Assembly: GCA_965223265.1 (NCBI GenBank) | Contig: OZ244999.1 | Span: 2,272,001 to 2,336,000, forward strand | Source: Planctomycetota bacterium | GTDB taxonomy: Bacteria; Planctomycetota; UBA8108; SXIK01 | Length of the DNA: 64,000 nt | Reading direction: 5' to 3' | Part shown: one piece after another, positions 40,001 to 48,849 of the stretch | Layout: every line of letters starts with the position of its first letter | Position numbering within the stretch: the stretch's first letter is position 1 | Notes under the pieces: generated by a model | Databases searched by the model: none | The model's input: only the letters and a program-made list of their open reading frames with translations | Told to the model about the DNA's origin: nothing | Made by a program: the position numbers and the translations under genes

Positions 40001-42581
40001 CACGTTTCAGGACATTTTGGTGATCGACGAGTCGCCTGCAGATATCGAAGGTGTGGTGGGCGGTGTGATCACGGGCACGATTCAGGGCGAGCTGAGCCAC
40101 GTGGCGATCCGCACGGCGCGGCGCGGGACCCCGAACGCTTTTGTAGCGAACGCTCGCGAGGAGTTTTCGCAGTACGCCGGTGAGCTGGTGCGCCTGGAGG
40201 TGTTCCCGGGAGAGCACTTTGTGACGGTGGTGGACGCATCGGAAGCGGAGGAGTTTTGGTCTCAGAACCGCCGGGAGCTGTCGAGCGACCCTGAGATCGA
40301 CACGGAGTACCGCGGTTTTGACGATCTTTTTGAGCTGGACGTGGAGGCTTTCGGTGGTCGCCCTGAGTCTCGCTACGGTGGCAAGGCGTCGAACTTCGCG
40401 CGTCTGCAGCGGGTGCTGACAGGCGAGCTGTCGCAGTATGTGGAGTCCGGTTTTGCGATCCCGGCGTCGTACTACACGGAGTTTATGAGCACGAACGAGG
40501 TAGAGCTTGGCGGGCGGAGTCTGACGTACGAAGAGTGGCTGTTTGAGCTTTTGTCGGACCCGTCGATCGAGAGCGACTCTCAGGCTCGCTTTGAAGCCCT
40601 GGAGGAGTTTCGCTCGTTTGTGCGTGCGAACGGCGCAGTGGATAGCGAACTGGTGTCGCTCCTGGCGTCGCGGATCGAGAGCGTTTTCGGCGATGTTCGG
40701 CGTATGGTGCGGTTTCGCTCGTCGTCGAACGTAGAGGACGCCCTGGAGTTCAACGGTGCGGGCCTTTATGAGTCGACGTCTGTGTGCGCTCAGGACACGC
40801 TGGATCCAGCGAGCCCGGACAGCTCTCACTGCGATGCGAGCCGCAGCAATGAGCGGACGATTGAGCGTGCGCTGAAGAAGGTTTGGGCGAGCCTGTGGAC
40901 GTTCCGGGCGCATGAGGAGCGGACGTTTTACCAGATTGACCCGTCGCGCGCGGCGATGGGTATTTTGGTGTCGCGAGCGTTTTTGGACGAGTTGGCGAAC
41001 GGAGTGGCGTTCACAGGGAATCCACGCGACGTGGGCGACAAGCGCTACGTGGTGACGGCGCAGGCGGGTGAGGCGAGCGTAGTGAGCCCTGAGCCTGGTA
41101 CGACGGTAGAGCGCAGCGTTCTGGAGCTTGACGAGAGCGGTGAGGTGGTGCGGGTGATCCGCAGCCGCGCGTCGTCGCTTGTGGAGCCTGGTGAAGTGGT
41201 GCTGAGCGAGGAGAAGCTTCGCGAGCTTGGCTCCCTGATGTGGCATGTGGATCAGAGGCTGCCGCTGGACCTTGAGGGTCACGCGCGCGAGGAGGTGATC
41301 CTGGACTTTGAGTTCAAGGTGGAGCCTGACGGTTCGTTGGCTGTGAAGCAGGTGCGTCCTTTTTTGATCCCGAGCGCGTCGATCCAGACGCCGACGTTTT
41401 CGCTGGAGGTTCCGGCCGGTACGCGGGTGTGCGGAGTGTTTTCGGCTGAGCGTGTGAACCGTGAGCCTCGTGTGGAGTATGAGACGAAGAGCGTTGTGGA
41501 GCTGCGGGCGGGAGTGTACGAGCTGGCGACGTCAGGCGGAGTGATCGAGGCGGACTTGATCGAATCGCTACGCTTTGGCTCGGAGCGCTCGCTAGCGCAG
41601 CCGCTGGGCCCCGGGCGCTTCACTGTGACGCCGATCCCCGAGGAGGGTAGCCGGACGAACTACCGCTTCAGCTACGAGCAGGAGTTCGAGCTGGCAGCGG
41701 ATGGGAGCACGTACGCCGGGGGGCGTCTTTTGGTGCAGATTCTGCAGCTGGACTACCTCGGTCGCGGTGAGGTGGCGCTGGACGGCGCGAAGGTGCTGGA
41801 CGATGAGTTTTTGACGTTCGATCTGGTGATGGGGGCCTCAGTGGACGGTGAGCCTCTGGTGGGCTACTCCTCGTGCAGTTACCGTGAGCTACCTCGCTGG
41901 GAGCTGTCGGTGGATCTTGGCGGTGGTTCGCGGGTGGATCTGGTGGAGCGGTTTTTGCCGTCAGAGAACCTGGCGGCGACAGGCCCCGCGAGCTTGGTGG
42001 AGGCGGTGGTGGAGCTTGGTGGAGTGCGCCAATCGACGCGCGACTACTGGCGCCTGGTGTACACGGCGCGTCGTCACAACCTGGATGCTCGCTACTGGGT
42101 GGAGCTGGATCCGTTGGTGGAGGTTGAGGTGCAGGGCGAGCCGCGGGCGGTTCGGGTGGTGGAGCTTTTGGCGCCGGAGCCGCCGATCGGTGAGGATGTG
42201 GACGTGGGCTCGGCGCGGGTGCGTTACCTCGATGAGAACCTGGAGGTGCTCGTGGACCGGGGAGTGGTTGGCTTCGCGAAGTCGGAGCGGGAGGTGGAGC
42301 CCGGAGAGCGCTTTGTGCGCGGCGACGTGGAGGGCGACGGTCGAGTGGATGTGAGCGACGCGATCGCGCTGCTCAGTTATCTGTTCAAGCGCGGTGCGGT
42401 GCCGAGCTGTCAGAAGGCGGCCGACGCCGACGACAGCGGTCGCCTGAACGTCAGCGACGCGGTGACAGTGCTGCTGTCGCTCTTTGCCGGCACCGGGCCG
42501 CTGCCGCCGCCGGCGAGCGTTTGCGGCGAAGACCCTACCAGCGACGCCCTCTCGTGTGAGACGTTTGCCCTGTGCGAGTAA
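37095..42581 (+). CDS. Secreted FG-GAP + His-swivel + dikinase ATP-grasp + dockerin protein (paralog 2)
   Basis: Same architecture as 10582-16014: 'GELSHVAIRTARRGTPN', 'YGGKASN', 'RFRSSSNVED', 'KQVRP', 'RGDVEGDGRVDVSDA'. True start may be ATG 37104 or 37107. Confidence 0.85.
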   Translation: MDSMMRNQVAALFVLTLFALSAFLHEELRAADCNGNFVEDANDIASGDSLDCNVNSVPDECEGAPPTFDSATSLIAPGVGSDSVIADFDGDERPDLMLGFRGGFSVRLSSTGGDFVDREDVVYEAGGPTRRSWRSGDIDGDGDLDLVTIDFAGLLFYFNDGGGAFNESRSIASDGVGRFVVVDLNADAVADIVAAFPRQNIVGVFTALGGGDFSARVDHAVGDNPVAIVAGEFDGVAGADVGVLSTDARVVTIFANDGAGRLVASASVPVARDPTDVFVAEDFNGDGFTDFVVGRNSFALLFENDGAGGFVVPPQELTSDAETVVAMGAGDTDGDGDIDLVARFVEPSREVQFYLNQGDGVFNRGLSVNLVASTTSIRVQDLSGDSVSDVVMVGSTVKEVVVLWNSQDETRLPLLTPQTYEVLGEPHTADLGDMDGDGDLDIVTGNNNDNTISVLLNQGDGTFVPRLDRLSLQSFSLALADLNGDGALDIASVNAAQAVHIFLNDGTSTMGEPEKYIVGSNAFHILVDDLNGDGSGDVVTTNRGSSSISLLMNAGDGTFSDRNDYPVGSDPRAAVAADLDRDGSVDIAVASHGAGAVYRLLNDGSGALGVAEQFPIADRPNFIAAGDFDNDGHVDLLTGSELGSSVNPLWNVGDGSANFEVGARVRTNNSPYSLTTADYNEDGFVDVVSVAEVADRDGNSSVALMLNRGDRGFKAPLSLRAGVGPRYVLSGDIDADGDIDIISANRLSQDVTVFLSGVAESATVTHLSEVCTESDYFSISLPTSRSTNRRRIGKYVAPSRDGEGLLGPLFQNANTFELHEEFLGTVFPEEFGFVLEDPAAYDDLVGRRATRDYYVGTLDLRQRPEGFLYTFNIFADTGFDSRETLSQEEVGSVFERLSASFSLRPLAYAPETQLAKAAAEEWESAPFPIFFDDSRPAFDYEAYTLSVGYGRVRLLTLEEFSELNSAGRFTFQDILVIDESPADIEGVVGGVITGTIQGELSHVAIRTARRGTPNAFVANAREEFSQYAGELVRLEVFPGEHFVTVVDASEAEEFWSQNRRELSSDPEIDTEYRGFDDLFELDVEAFGGRPESRYGGKASNFARLQRVLTGELSQYVESGFAIPASYYTEFMSTNEVELGGRSLTYEEWLFELLSDPSIESDSQARFEALEEFRSFVRANGAVDSELVSLLASRIESVFGDVRRMVRFRSSSNVEDALEFNGAGLYESTSVCAQDTLDPASPDSSHCDASRSNERTIERALKKVWASLWTFRAHEERTFYQIDPSRAAMGILVSRAFLDELANGVAFTGNPRDVGDKRYVVTAQAGEASVVSPEPGTTVERSVLELDESGEVVRVIRSRASSLVEPGEVVLSEEKLRELGSLMWHVDQRLPLDLEGHAREEVILDFEFKVEPDGSLAVKQVRPFLIPSASIQTPTFSLEVPAGTRVCGVFSAERVNREPRVEYETKSVVELRAGVYELATSGGVIEADLIESLRFGSERSLAQPLGPGRFTVTPIPEEGSRTNYRFSYEQEFELAADGSTYAGGRLLVQILQLDYLGRGEVALDGAKVLDDEFLTFDLVMGASVDGEPLVGYSSCSYRELPRWELSVDLGGGSRVDLVERFLPSENLAATGPASLVEAVVELGGVRQSTRDYWRLVYTARRHNLDARYWVELDPLVEVEVQGEPRAVRVVELLAPEPPIGEDVDVGSARVRYLDENLEVLVDRGVVGFAKSEREVEPGERFVRGDVEGDGRVDVSDAIALLSYLFKRGAVPSCQKAADADDSGRLNVSDAVTVLLSLFAGTGPLPPPASVCGEDPTSDALSCETFALCE
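39405..42581 (+). repeat. 3177-bp near-identical direct repeat, copy A (3' module of paralog 2)
   Basis: Matches 45386-48562 at a constant offset of 5981 with no net indel; only scattered, clustered substitutions. Confidence 0.95.
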
Positions 42582-42705
42582 TTCCGAGGAACACGGGGGC
42601 GGTGTGAACGAGACTACCGTTCCTGCGACGCACTCCGATTCCCGCACGTCGCCAGATAGCCGGCAGGCGCTCACTCTGCCTGTAGCGCGTGACGCGCAAC
42701 TGTCC

Positions 42706-43002
42706 GAGGCTGTGAAGTTTTTGGAGCCTGCCAGCGTAACTCATGGTCACGCTCCACGGTCCACGGTCAGTTCACGTCCGGAACGGCACACGGCGTGTGC
42801 CTGCTACTATCAAGACGTCGCCACCACGATCTTCAAAGTAGCAGGCACACGCCGTGTGCCGTTCCGGCATTGAGCGCCAAGCGTGACCGTGAATGTGACC
42901 GTGAATTACGTTCGAGCGCCCCAAGAACTTCACAGCCTCGCCGTGTGCCATCCGAGGAGGACCGTGGGTTACGACGGCACGTTCAAAAAACTCACAACCT
43001 CT
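42706..43002. repeat. Composite palindromic element: MITE-like ~42-bp arms enclosing a GTAG-REP pair
   Basis: Left arm CGAGGCTGTGAAGTTTTTGGAGCCTGCCAGCGTAACTCATGGT (42706-42747) has inverted counterparts at ~42898-42940 and 42961-43002. Confidence 0.7.
42778..42867. repeat. Inverted pair of GTAG-type REP sequences
   Basis: Perfect 31-bp IR: CCGGAACGGCACACGGCGTGTGCCTGCTACT (42778-42808) / AGTAGCAGGCACACGCCGTGTGCCGTTCCGG (42837-42867); each unit is GTAG plus an internal hairpin. Confidence 0.85.
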
Positions 43003-43084
43003 CTCGATGTCGCTCTTGCCATGAACGGCGTGTCACCTGAGAATTGTGACGTGAATTTTCTGCATCACCCCAAGAGTTAGTGAG

Positions 43085-46000
43085 ATGACCCGCAAAGGAC
43101 CGATTGTTTGGATTCTCGCCGGCCTGCTTGGTTTGGGCCTTGGTGCGCCTGTGCGCGCAGTCGACTGTAATGGCAACGGGCTCGAGGACGCCGAAGATCT
43201 TTCGGCGCAGACGAGTGAGGACTGTAACGACAACGCGATCCCAGATGAATGCGAAGGCCCGCCGCTCGTTTTTAGTTCGACGCTGCGGCTGGAGGTCGAC
43301 AACGTCGCGCGGCAGATCATGCCGGGCGATTTCGACCTGGACGGACGGCAGGATTTCGCCGTCGGCACGTCGCGGTCGCTTGTTCTCAAGCTCAACGATG
43401 GTAGCGGCACAGCGGAAAACTACCCGGAAACCATCGTCAGCGTCGACAGTCTTGGCCTCAGAGCCTGGGCGCACGGCCATTTCGACGCGGACGACAGCAC
43501 CGATTTCGTCGCCCTGGACACACAAGGACCGTGGGTGCTCCTCGGCGACGGAGTTGGGGGAGTCCAGGCGCCGCTCAGGTTGGAGCAGGCGAGCGGAGGC
43601 AACCAACTGGCCTGCGGCGACCTTTCGGGCGACGGTGTCGACGATCTGGTCATCGTCACCAGTCGCCCGCAGGCACTGGTCACCGTCCTCGTGGCGGCGG
43701 GCGACGGAAGTTTTGGCCCCGCCGCAAGTCTCCTCGATGGACTGGGGCCAACGGCGGTCGGGCTTGGAGACCTCGACGGCGACGGTGCGCTCGATCTCGC
43801 TGTCCTGCACCGATCCCTCGCAGCTGTCTCTGTCGTCATCAACGACGGCGCGGGCACGCTCGTACCGGCCGCGCCGCTGACGATTGGCGGCGACAACCCT
43901 GAGACGCTTGCTGTGGTCGACGTCGACGCCGACGGTCTTGCGGATCTCGCCGTCGGCGATCGCGTCGGTTTCCGCCTCTATCTCAATCAGGGTGGCACCT
44001 TCAGCGATGCCATTGACCTGGTACACGCCGGCGCGGAGACTTCCGCGCTGACAGCTGGCGACTTGAACGGCGACGGCAACGTCGATCTTGTCGGCGCACT
44101 CCGCGTTCCGCGGAGCGTCGCTATCTTCACCGGCACAGGAGATGGTCGCTTCAACAGCGGTTTTGGACCGAGCCTCGATACCTCCAGTGTGGGCCTCGCG
44201 GTCGCAGACGTTGACAGCGACGCGGCGATGGACGTCATCACCATTCCGTTCGGCCTCAAGCGCGTCACAGCATTTCGAAACGACGTTCAGAGCCGCTCAC
44301 TGACGGTCGACCTGGGCTCGCCCATCACGTACGTCGCCGAAGGCAGACCTCACACCGGGGAGGCGCTGGACTTCGACGGTGACGGCGACGTGGACGTCGT
44401 CACCGGCAATAGCTTCGACCAGACGATTTCCGTGTTGAGGAACCAGGGTGACGGTACCTTTGTCGCTACCGCCCTGCGGTTGTCAGTGACCGCCTTTTCG
44501 GTTGCTGCGGGTGATTACGACAGCGACGGCGACGCCGACCTGGGTGTCGTCGGACATGGAAATCGGATTATCCTTTTTGAAAACAACGGCAACGCTGAGT
44601 TCGACATGGCGGGCGGGATCCCGCTGGGACAAACGGCGTTTCACGTTGCCGCCGCCGACGTGACGGGAGATGGCCGCGTCGAGTTCATAGCAGCGCTTCG
44701 CGGCGGTGACGCGGTCGCTATCGCTCAGAACACAGGTGGCGGCTCGTTTGGTCAGACGAAGCGGTTTGTTGTCGGGCGTGCGCCACGTGCTGTCGCAGCT
44801 GGCGATTTCGACGGTGACGGCCTTGTCGACATCGTGACGGCAAACGAGAATTCAGCGGACCTGTCGGTGCTTTTCAACGACGGCGTTGACGGTGAAACGG
44901 TGGAGTTTCTCTCGCCTCTACAGGTCCCGCTGGCGTCAAGCCCCTTCTTCGTCGCTGCTGGAGACGTCGACGACGACGGTCATGTCGACATCATCGCTTC
45001 GAGCGAGGTGGGTCGAACCGTTTCGGTGCTGTGGAGCGATGGCGCTGGTGGGTTCTTACCGCCGGCGACTTGGGATCTCGTGCACCAGCCCTACTCGCAC
45101 ATCGCGGTGGACCTCACCGCTGATGGGCTCCTTGAGATCATCAGCGTCGCCGAGATTTCCGACCGCACCGAGAGCACGACTGTTGTGCTTGAGAACCTCA
45201 GTGGTCGCACATTCGGACCGTCGAAGCGATTCCGCGTCGGCTCGGGGCCTCGATTCGTCGTTGCGGCAGACTTCGACGATGACGAATCTCTCGACCTCAT
45301 GAGCCTCAACCGAGGCTCGAGCGATGTGACGGTGCTCCTCAACGAGTCGCGCCCGTCCTCCGAGCTCGACTTCCTCGAGACAGTTTGCACAGAGTCTGAC
45401 TATTTCAGCATTTCATTGCCAACGAGTCGTAGGACGAGTCGTCGTCGCATTGGCAAGTACGTCGCACCGGCACGCGATGGTGAGGGGTTGCTTGGCCCAC
45501 TGTTTCAAAACGCGAACACGTTCGAGCTGCACGAGGAGTTTCTCGGGACGGTATTCCCGGAGGAGTTTGGTTTTGTTCTGGAGGACCCGGCGGCCTACGA
45601 CGACCTGGTGGGGCGCCGCGCAACGCGTGACTACTACGTCGGGACGCTGGATCTCCGGCAGCGCCCAGAAGGTTTTCTCTACACGTTCAACATTTTCGCG
45701 GACACGGGTTTTGACAGCCGCGAGACGCTGAGCCAAGAGGAAGTGGGTTCGGTGTTCGAGCGTTTGAGCGCGTCTTTTTCGCTGCGTCCACTGGCGTACG
45801 CCCCTGAGACGCAGCTGGCAAAGGCAGCTGCAGAGGAGTGGGAGTCGGCACCGTTTCCGATTTTCTTTGACGACTCCCGTCCAGCGTTCGACTACGAGGC
45901 TTACACGCTGTCTGTGGGCTACGGTCGAGTGCGTTTGCTGACGCTGGAGGAGTTTTCGGAGCTGAACTCAGTGGGCCGTTTCACGTTTCAGGACATTTTG

Positions 46001-48562
46001 GTGATCGACGAGTCGCCTGCAGATATCGAAGGTGTGGTGGGCGGTGTGATCACGGGAACGATTCAGGGCGAGCTGAGCCACGTGGCGATCCGCACGGCGC
46101 GGCGCGGGACCCCGAACGCTTTTGTAGCGAACGCTCGCGAGGAGTTTTCGCAGTACGCCGGTGAGCTGGTGCGCCTGGAGGTGTTCCCGGGAGAGCACTT
46201 TGTGACGGTGGTGGACGCATCGGAAGCGGAGGAGTTTTGGTCTCAGAACCGCCGGGAGCTGTCGAGCGACCCTGAGATCGACACGGAGTACCGCGGTTTT
46301 GACGATCTTTTTGAGCTGGACGTGGAGGCTTTCGGTGGTCGCCCTGAGTCTCGCTACGGTGGCAAGGCGTCGAACTTCGCGCGTCTGCAGCGGGTGCTGA
46401 CAGGCGAGCTGTCGCAGTATGTGGAGTCCGGTTTTGCGATCCCGGCGTCGTACTACACGGAGTTTATGAGCACGAACGAGGTAGAGCTTGGCGGGCGGAG
46501 TCTGACGTACGAAGAGTGGCTGTTTGAGCTTTTGTCGGACCCGGCGATCGAGAGCGACTCTCAGGCTCGCTTTGAAGCCCTGGAGGAGTTTCGCTCGTTT
46601 GTGCGAGCGAACGGGGTAGTGGATAGCGAACTGGTGTCGCTCCTGGCGTCGCGGATCGAGAGCGTGTTCGGAGATGTTCGACGTATGGTGCGTTTTCGCT
46701 CTTCGTCGAACGTAGAGGACGCCCTGGAGTTCAACGGTGCGGGTCTTTATGAGTCGACGTCTGTGTGCGCTCAGGACACGCTGGATCCAGCGAGTCCGGA
46801 GAGCTCTCACTGCGATGCGAGCCGCAGCAATGAGCGGACGATTGAGCGTGCGCTGAAGAAGGTTTGGGCGAGCCTTTGGACGTTCCGGGCGCATGAGGAG
46901 CGGACGTTTTACCAGATTGACCCGTCGCGCGCGGCGATGGGTATTTTGGTGTCGCGTGCGTTTTTGGACGAGTTGGCGAACGGCGTGGCGTTCACTGGGA
47001 ATCCCCGCGATGTGGGGGACAAGCGCTACGTGGTGACGGCGCAGGCGGGTGAGGCGAGCGTAGTGAGCCCTGAGCCTGGTACGACGGTAGAGCGCAGCGT
47101 TCTGGAGCTTGACGAGAGCGGTGAGGTGGTGCGGGTGATCCGCAGCCGCGCGTCGTCGCTTGTGGAGCCTGGTGAAGTGGTGCTGAGCGAGGAGAAGCTT
47201 CGCGAGCTTGGCTCCCTGATGTGGCATGTGGATCAGAGGCTGCCGCTGGACCTTGAGGGTCACGCGCGCGAGGAGGTGATCCTGGACTTTGAGTTCAAGG
47301 TGGAGCCTGACGGTTCGTTGGCTGTGAAGCAGGTGCGTCCTTTTTTGATCCCGAGCGCGTCGATCCAGACGCCGACGTTTTCGCTGGAGGTTCCGGCCGG
47401 TACGCGGGTGTGCGGAGTGTTTTCCGCTGAGCGTGTGAACCGTGAGCCTCGTGTGGAGTATGAGACGAAGAGCGTTGTGGAGCTGCGGGCGGGAGTGTAC
47501 GAGCTGGCGACGTCAGGCGGAGTGATCGAGGCGGACTTGATCGAATCGCTACGCTTTGGCTCGGAGCGCTCGCTAGCGCAGCCGCTGGGCCCTGGGCGCT
47601 TCACTGTGACGCCGATCCCCGAGGAGGGTAGCCGGACGAACTACCGCTTCAGCTACGAGCAGGAGTTCGAGCTGGCAGCGGATGGGAGCACGTACGCCGG
47701 GGGGCGTCTTTTGGTGCAGATTCTGCAGCTGGACTACCTCGGTCGCGGTGAGGTGGCGCTGGACGGCGCGAAGGTGCTGGACGATGAGTTTTTGACGTTC
47801 GATCTGGTGATGGGGGCCTCAGTGGACGGTGAGCCTCTGGTAGGCTACTCCTCGTGCAGTTACCGTGAGCTACCTCGCTGGGAGCTGTCGGTGGATCTTG
47901 GCGGTGGTTCGCGGGTGGATCTGGTGGAGCGGTTTTTGCCGTCAGAGAACCTAGCGGCGACAGGCCCCGCGAGCTTGGTGGAGGCGGTGGTGGAGCTTGG
48001 TGGAGTGCGCCAATCGACGCGCGACTACTGGCGCCTGGTGTACACGGCGCGTCGTCACAACCTGGATGCTCGCTACTGGGTGGAGCTGGATCCGTTGGTG
48101 GAGGTTGAGGTGCAGGGCGAGCCGCGGGCGGTTCGGGTGGTGGAGCTTTTGGCGCCGGAGCCGCCGATCGGTGAGGATGTGGACGTGGGTTCTGCGCGGG
48201 TGCGGTACCTCGATGAGAACCTGGAGGTGCTCGTGGACCGGGGAGTGGTTGGCTTCGCGAAGTCGGAGCGGGAGGTGGAGCCCGGAGAGCGCTTTGTGCG
48301 CGGCGACGTGGAGGGTGACGGTCGAGTGGACGTGAGCGACGCGATCGCGCTGCTCAGTTATCTGTTCAAGCGCGGTGCGGCGCCGAGCTGTCAGAAGGCG
48401 GCCGACGCCGACGACAGCGGTCGCCTGAACGTCAGCGACGCGGTGACAGTGCTGCTGTCGCTCTTTGCCGGCACCGGGCCGCTGCCGCCGCCGGCGAGCG
48501 TTTGCGGCGAAGACCCTACCAGCGACGCCCTCTCGTGTGAGACGTTTGCCCTTTGTGAATAG
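43085..48562 (+). CDS. Secreted FG-GAP + His-swivel + dikinase ATP-grasp + dockerin protein (paralog 3)
   Basis: Signal peptide 'MTRKGPIVWILAGLLGLGLGAPVRA'; divergent FG-GAP region; C-terminal ~1058 aa almost identical to paralog 2. Confidence 0.85.
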   Translation: MTRKGPIVWILAGLLGLGLGAPVRAVDCNGNGLEDAEDLSAQTSEDCNDNAIPDECEGPPLVFSSTLRLEVDNVARQIMPGDFDLDGRQDFAVGTSRSLVLKLNDGSGTAENYPETIVSVDSLGLRAWAHGHFDADDSTDFVALDTQGPWVLLGDGVGGVQAPLRLEQASGGNQLACGDLSGDGVDDLVIVTSRPQALVTVLVAAGDGSFGPAASLLDGLGPTAVGLGDLDGDGALDLAVLHRSLAAVSVVINDGAGTLVPAAPLTIGGDNPETLAVVDVDADGLADLAVGDRVGFRLYLNQGGTFSDAIDLVHAGAETSALTAGDLNGDGNVDLVGALRVPRSVAIFTGTGDGRFNSGFGPSLDTSSVGLAVADVDSDAAMDVITIPFGLKRVTAFRNDVQSRSLTVDLGSPITYVAEGRPHTGEALDFDGDGDVDVVTGNSFDQTISVLRNQGDGTFVATALRLSVTAFSVAAGDYDSDGDADLGVVGHGNRIILFENNGNAEFDMAGGIPLGQTAFHVAAADVTGDGRVEFIAALRGGDAVAIAQNTGGGSFGQTKRFVVGRAPRAVAAGDFDGDGLVDIVTANENSADLSVLFNDGVDGETVEFLSPLQVPLASSPFFVAAGDVDDDGHVDIIASSEVGRTVSVLWSDGAGGFLPPATWDLVHQPYSHIAVDLTADGLLEIISVAEISDRTESTTVVLENLSGRTFGPSKRFRVGSGPRFVVAADFDDDESLDLMSLNRGSSDVTVLLNESRPSSELDFLETVCTESDYFSISLPTSRRTSRRRIGKYVAPARDGEGLLGPLFQNANTFELHEEFLGTVFPEEFGFVLEDPAAYDDLVGRRATRDYYVGTLDLRQRPEGFLYTFNIFADTGFDSRETLSQEEVGSVFERLSASFSLRPLAYAPETQLAKAAAEEWESAPFPIFFDDSRPAFDYEAYTLSVGYGRVRLLTLEEFSELNSVGRFTFQDILVIDESPADIEGVVGGVITGTIQGELSHVAIRTARRGTPNAFVANAREEFSQYAGELVRLEVFPGEHFVTVVDASEAEEFWSQNRRELSSDPEIDTEYRGFDDLFELDVEAFGGRPESRYGGKASNFARLQRVLTGELSQYVESGFAIPASYYTEFMSTNEVELGGRSLTYEEWLFELLSDPAIESDSQARFEALEEFRSFVRANGVVDSELVSLLASRIESVFGDVRRMVRFRSSSNVEDALEFNGAGLYESTSVCAQDTLDPASPESSHCDASRSNERTIERALKKVWASLWTFRAHEERTFYQIDPSRAAMGILVSRAFLDELANGVAFTGNPRDVGDKRYVVTAQAGEASVVSPEPGTTVERSVLELDESGEVVRVIRSRASSLVEPGEVVLSEEKLRELGSLMWHVDQRLPLDLEGHAREEVILDFEFKVEPDGSLAVKQVRPFLIPSASIQTPTFSLEVPAGTRVCGVFSAERVNREPRVEYETKSVVELRAGVYELATSGGVIEADLIESLRFGSERSLAQPLGPGRFTVTPIPEEGSRTNYRFSYEQEFELAADGSTYAGGRLLVQILQLDYLGRGEVALDGAKVLDDEFLTFDLVMGASVDGEPLVGYSSCSYRELPRWELSVDLGGGSRVDLVERFLPSENLAATGPASLVEAVVELGGVRQSTRDYWRLVYTARRHNLDARYWVELDPLVEVEVQGEPRAVRVVELLAPEPPIGEDVDVGSARVRYLDENLEVLVDRGVVGFAKSEREVEPGERFVRGDVEGDGRVDVSDAIALLSYLFKRGAAPSCQKAADADDSGRLNVSDAVTVLLSLFAGTGPLPPPASVCGEDPTSDALSCETFALCE
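45386..48562 (+). repeat. 3177-bp near-identical direct repeat, copy B (3' module of paralog 3)
   Basis: See 39405-42581. Confidence 0.95.
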
Positions 48563-48849
48563 TGGATGGGGGCCGTCTTCGCTGCTGCTGATGCTGACCG
48601 ATTCCTTCATGTGCTAGGGAAATGGCAGGTAGCGTGGGAACGGTGCGTTCAATCCGTGGGATCTGAGTTGCCTAGGCACGTCTTTCTCGATACGATAAAA
48701 CGTTCATGTCGGGTGCGAGTGGGTTTGTTGGGTCACCTCCTCCTGAATTCTGTTCGCCGCTAGCTCTCTGTCTCAAGCTGGCTTTCGACCTAAGGCAGAC
48801 AGACGGAGGAGTGATAGGTTTTTTTCTCGGTTCTGATGGGAGGGTTGGT

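Noticed and set aside
39987-41282. 431-aa minus-strand ORF (and its twin at 45968-47263)
   Set aside because: Antisense to the dikinase module; Arg/His/Leu-rich product explained by the skewed codon usage.
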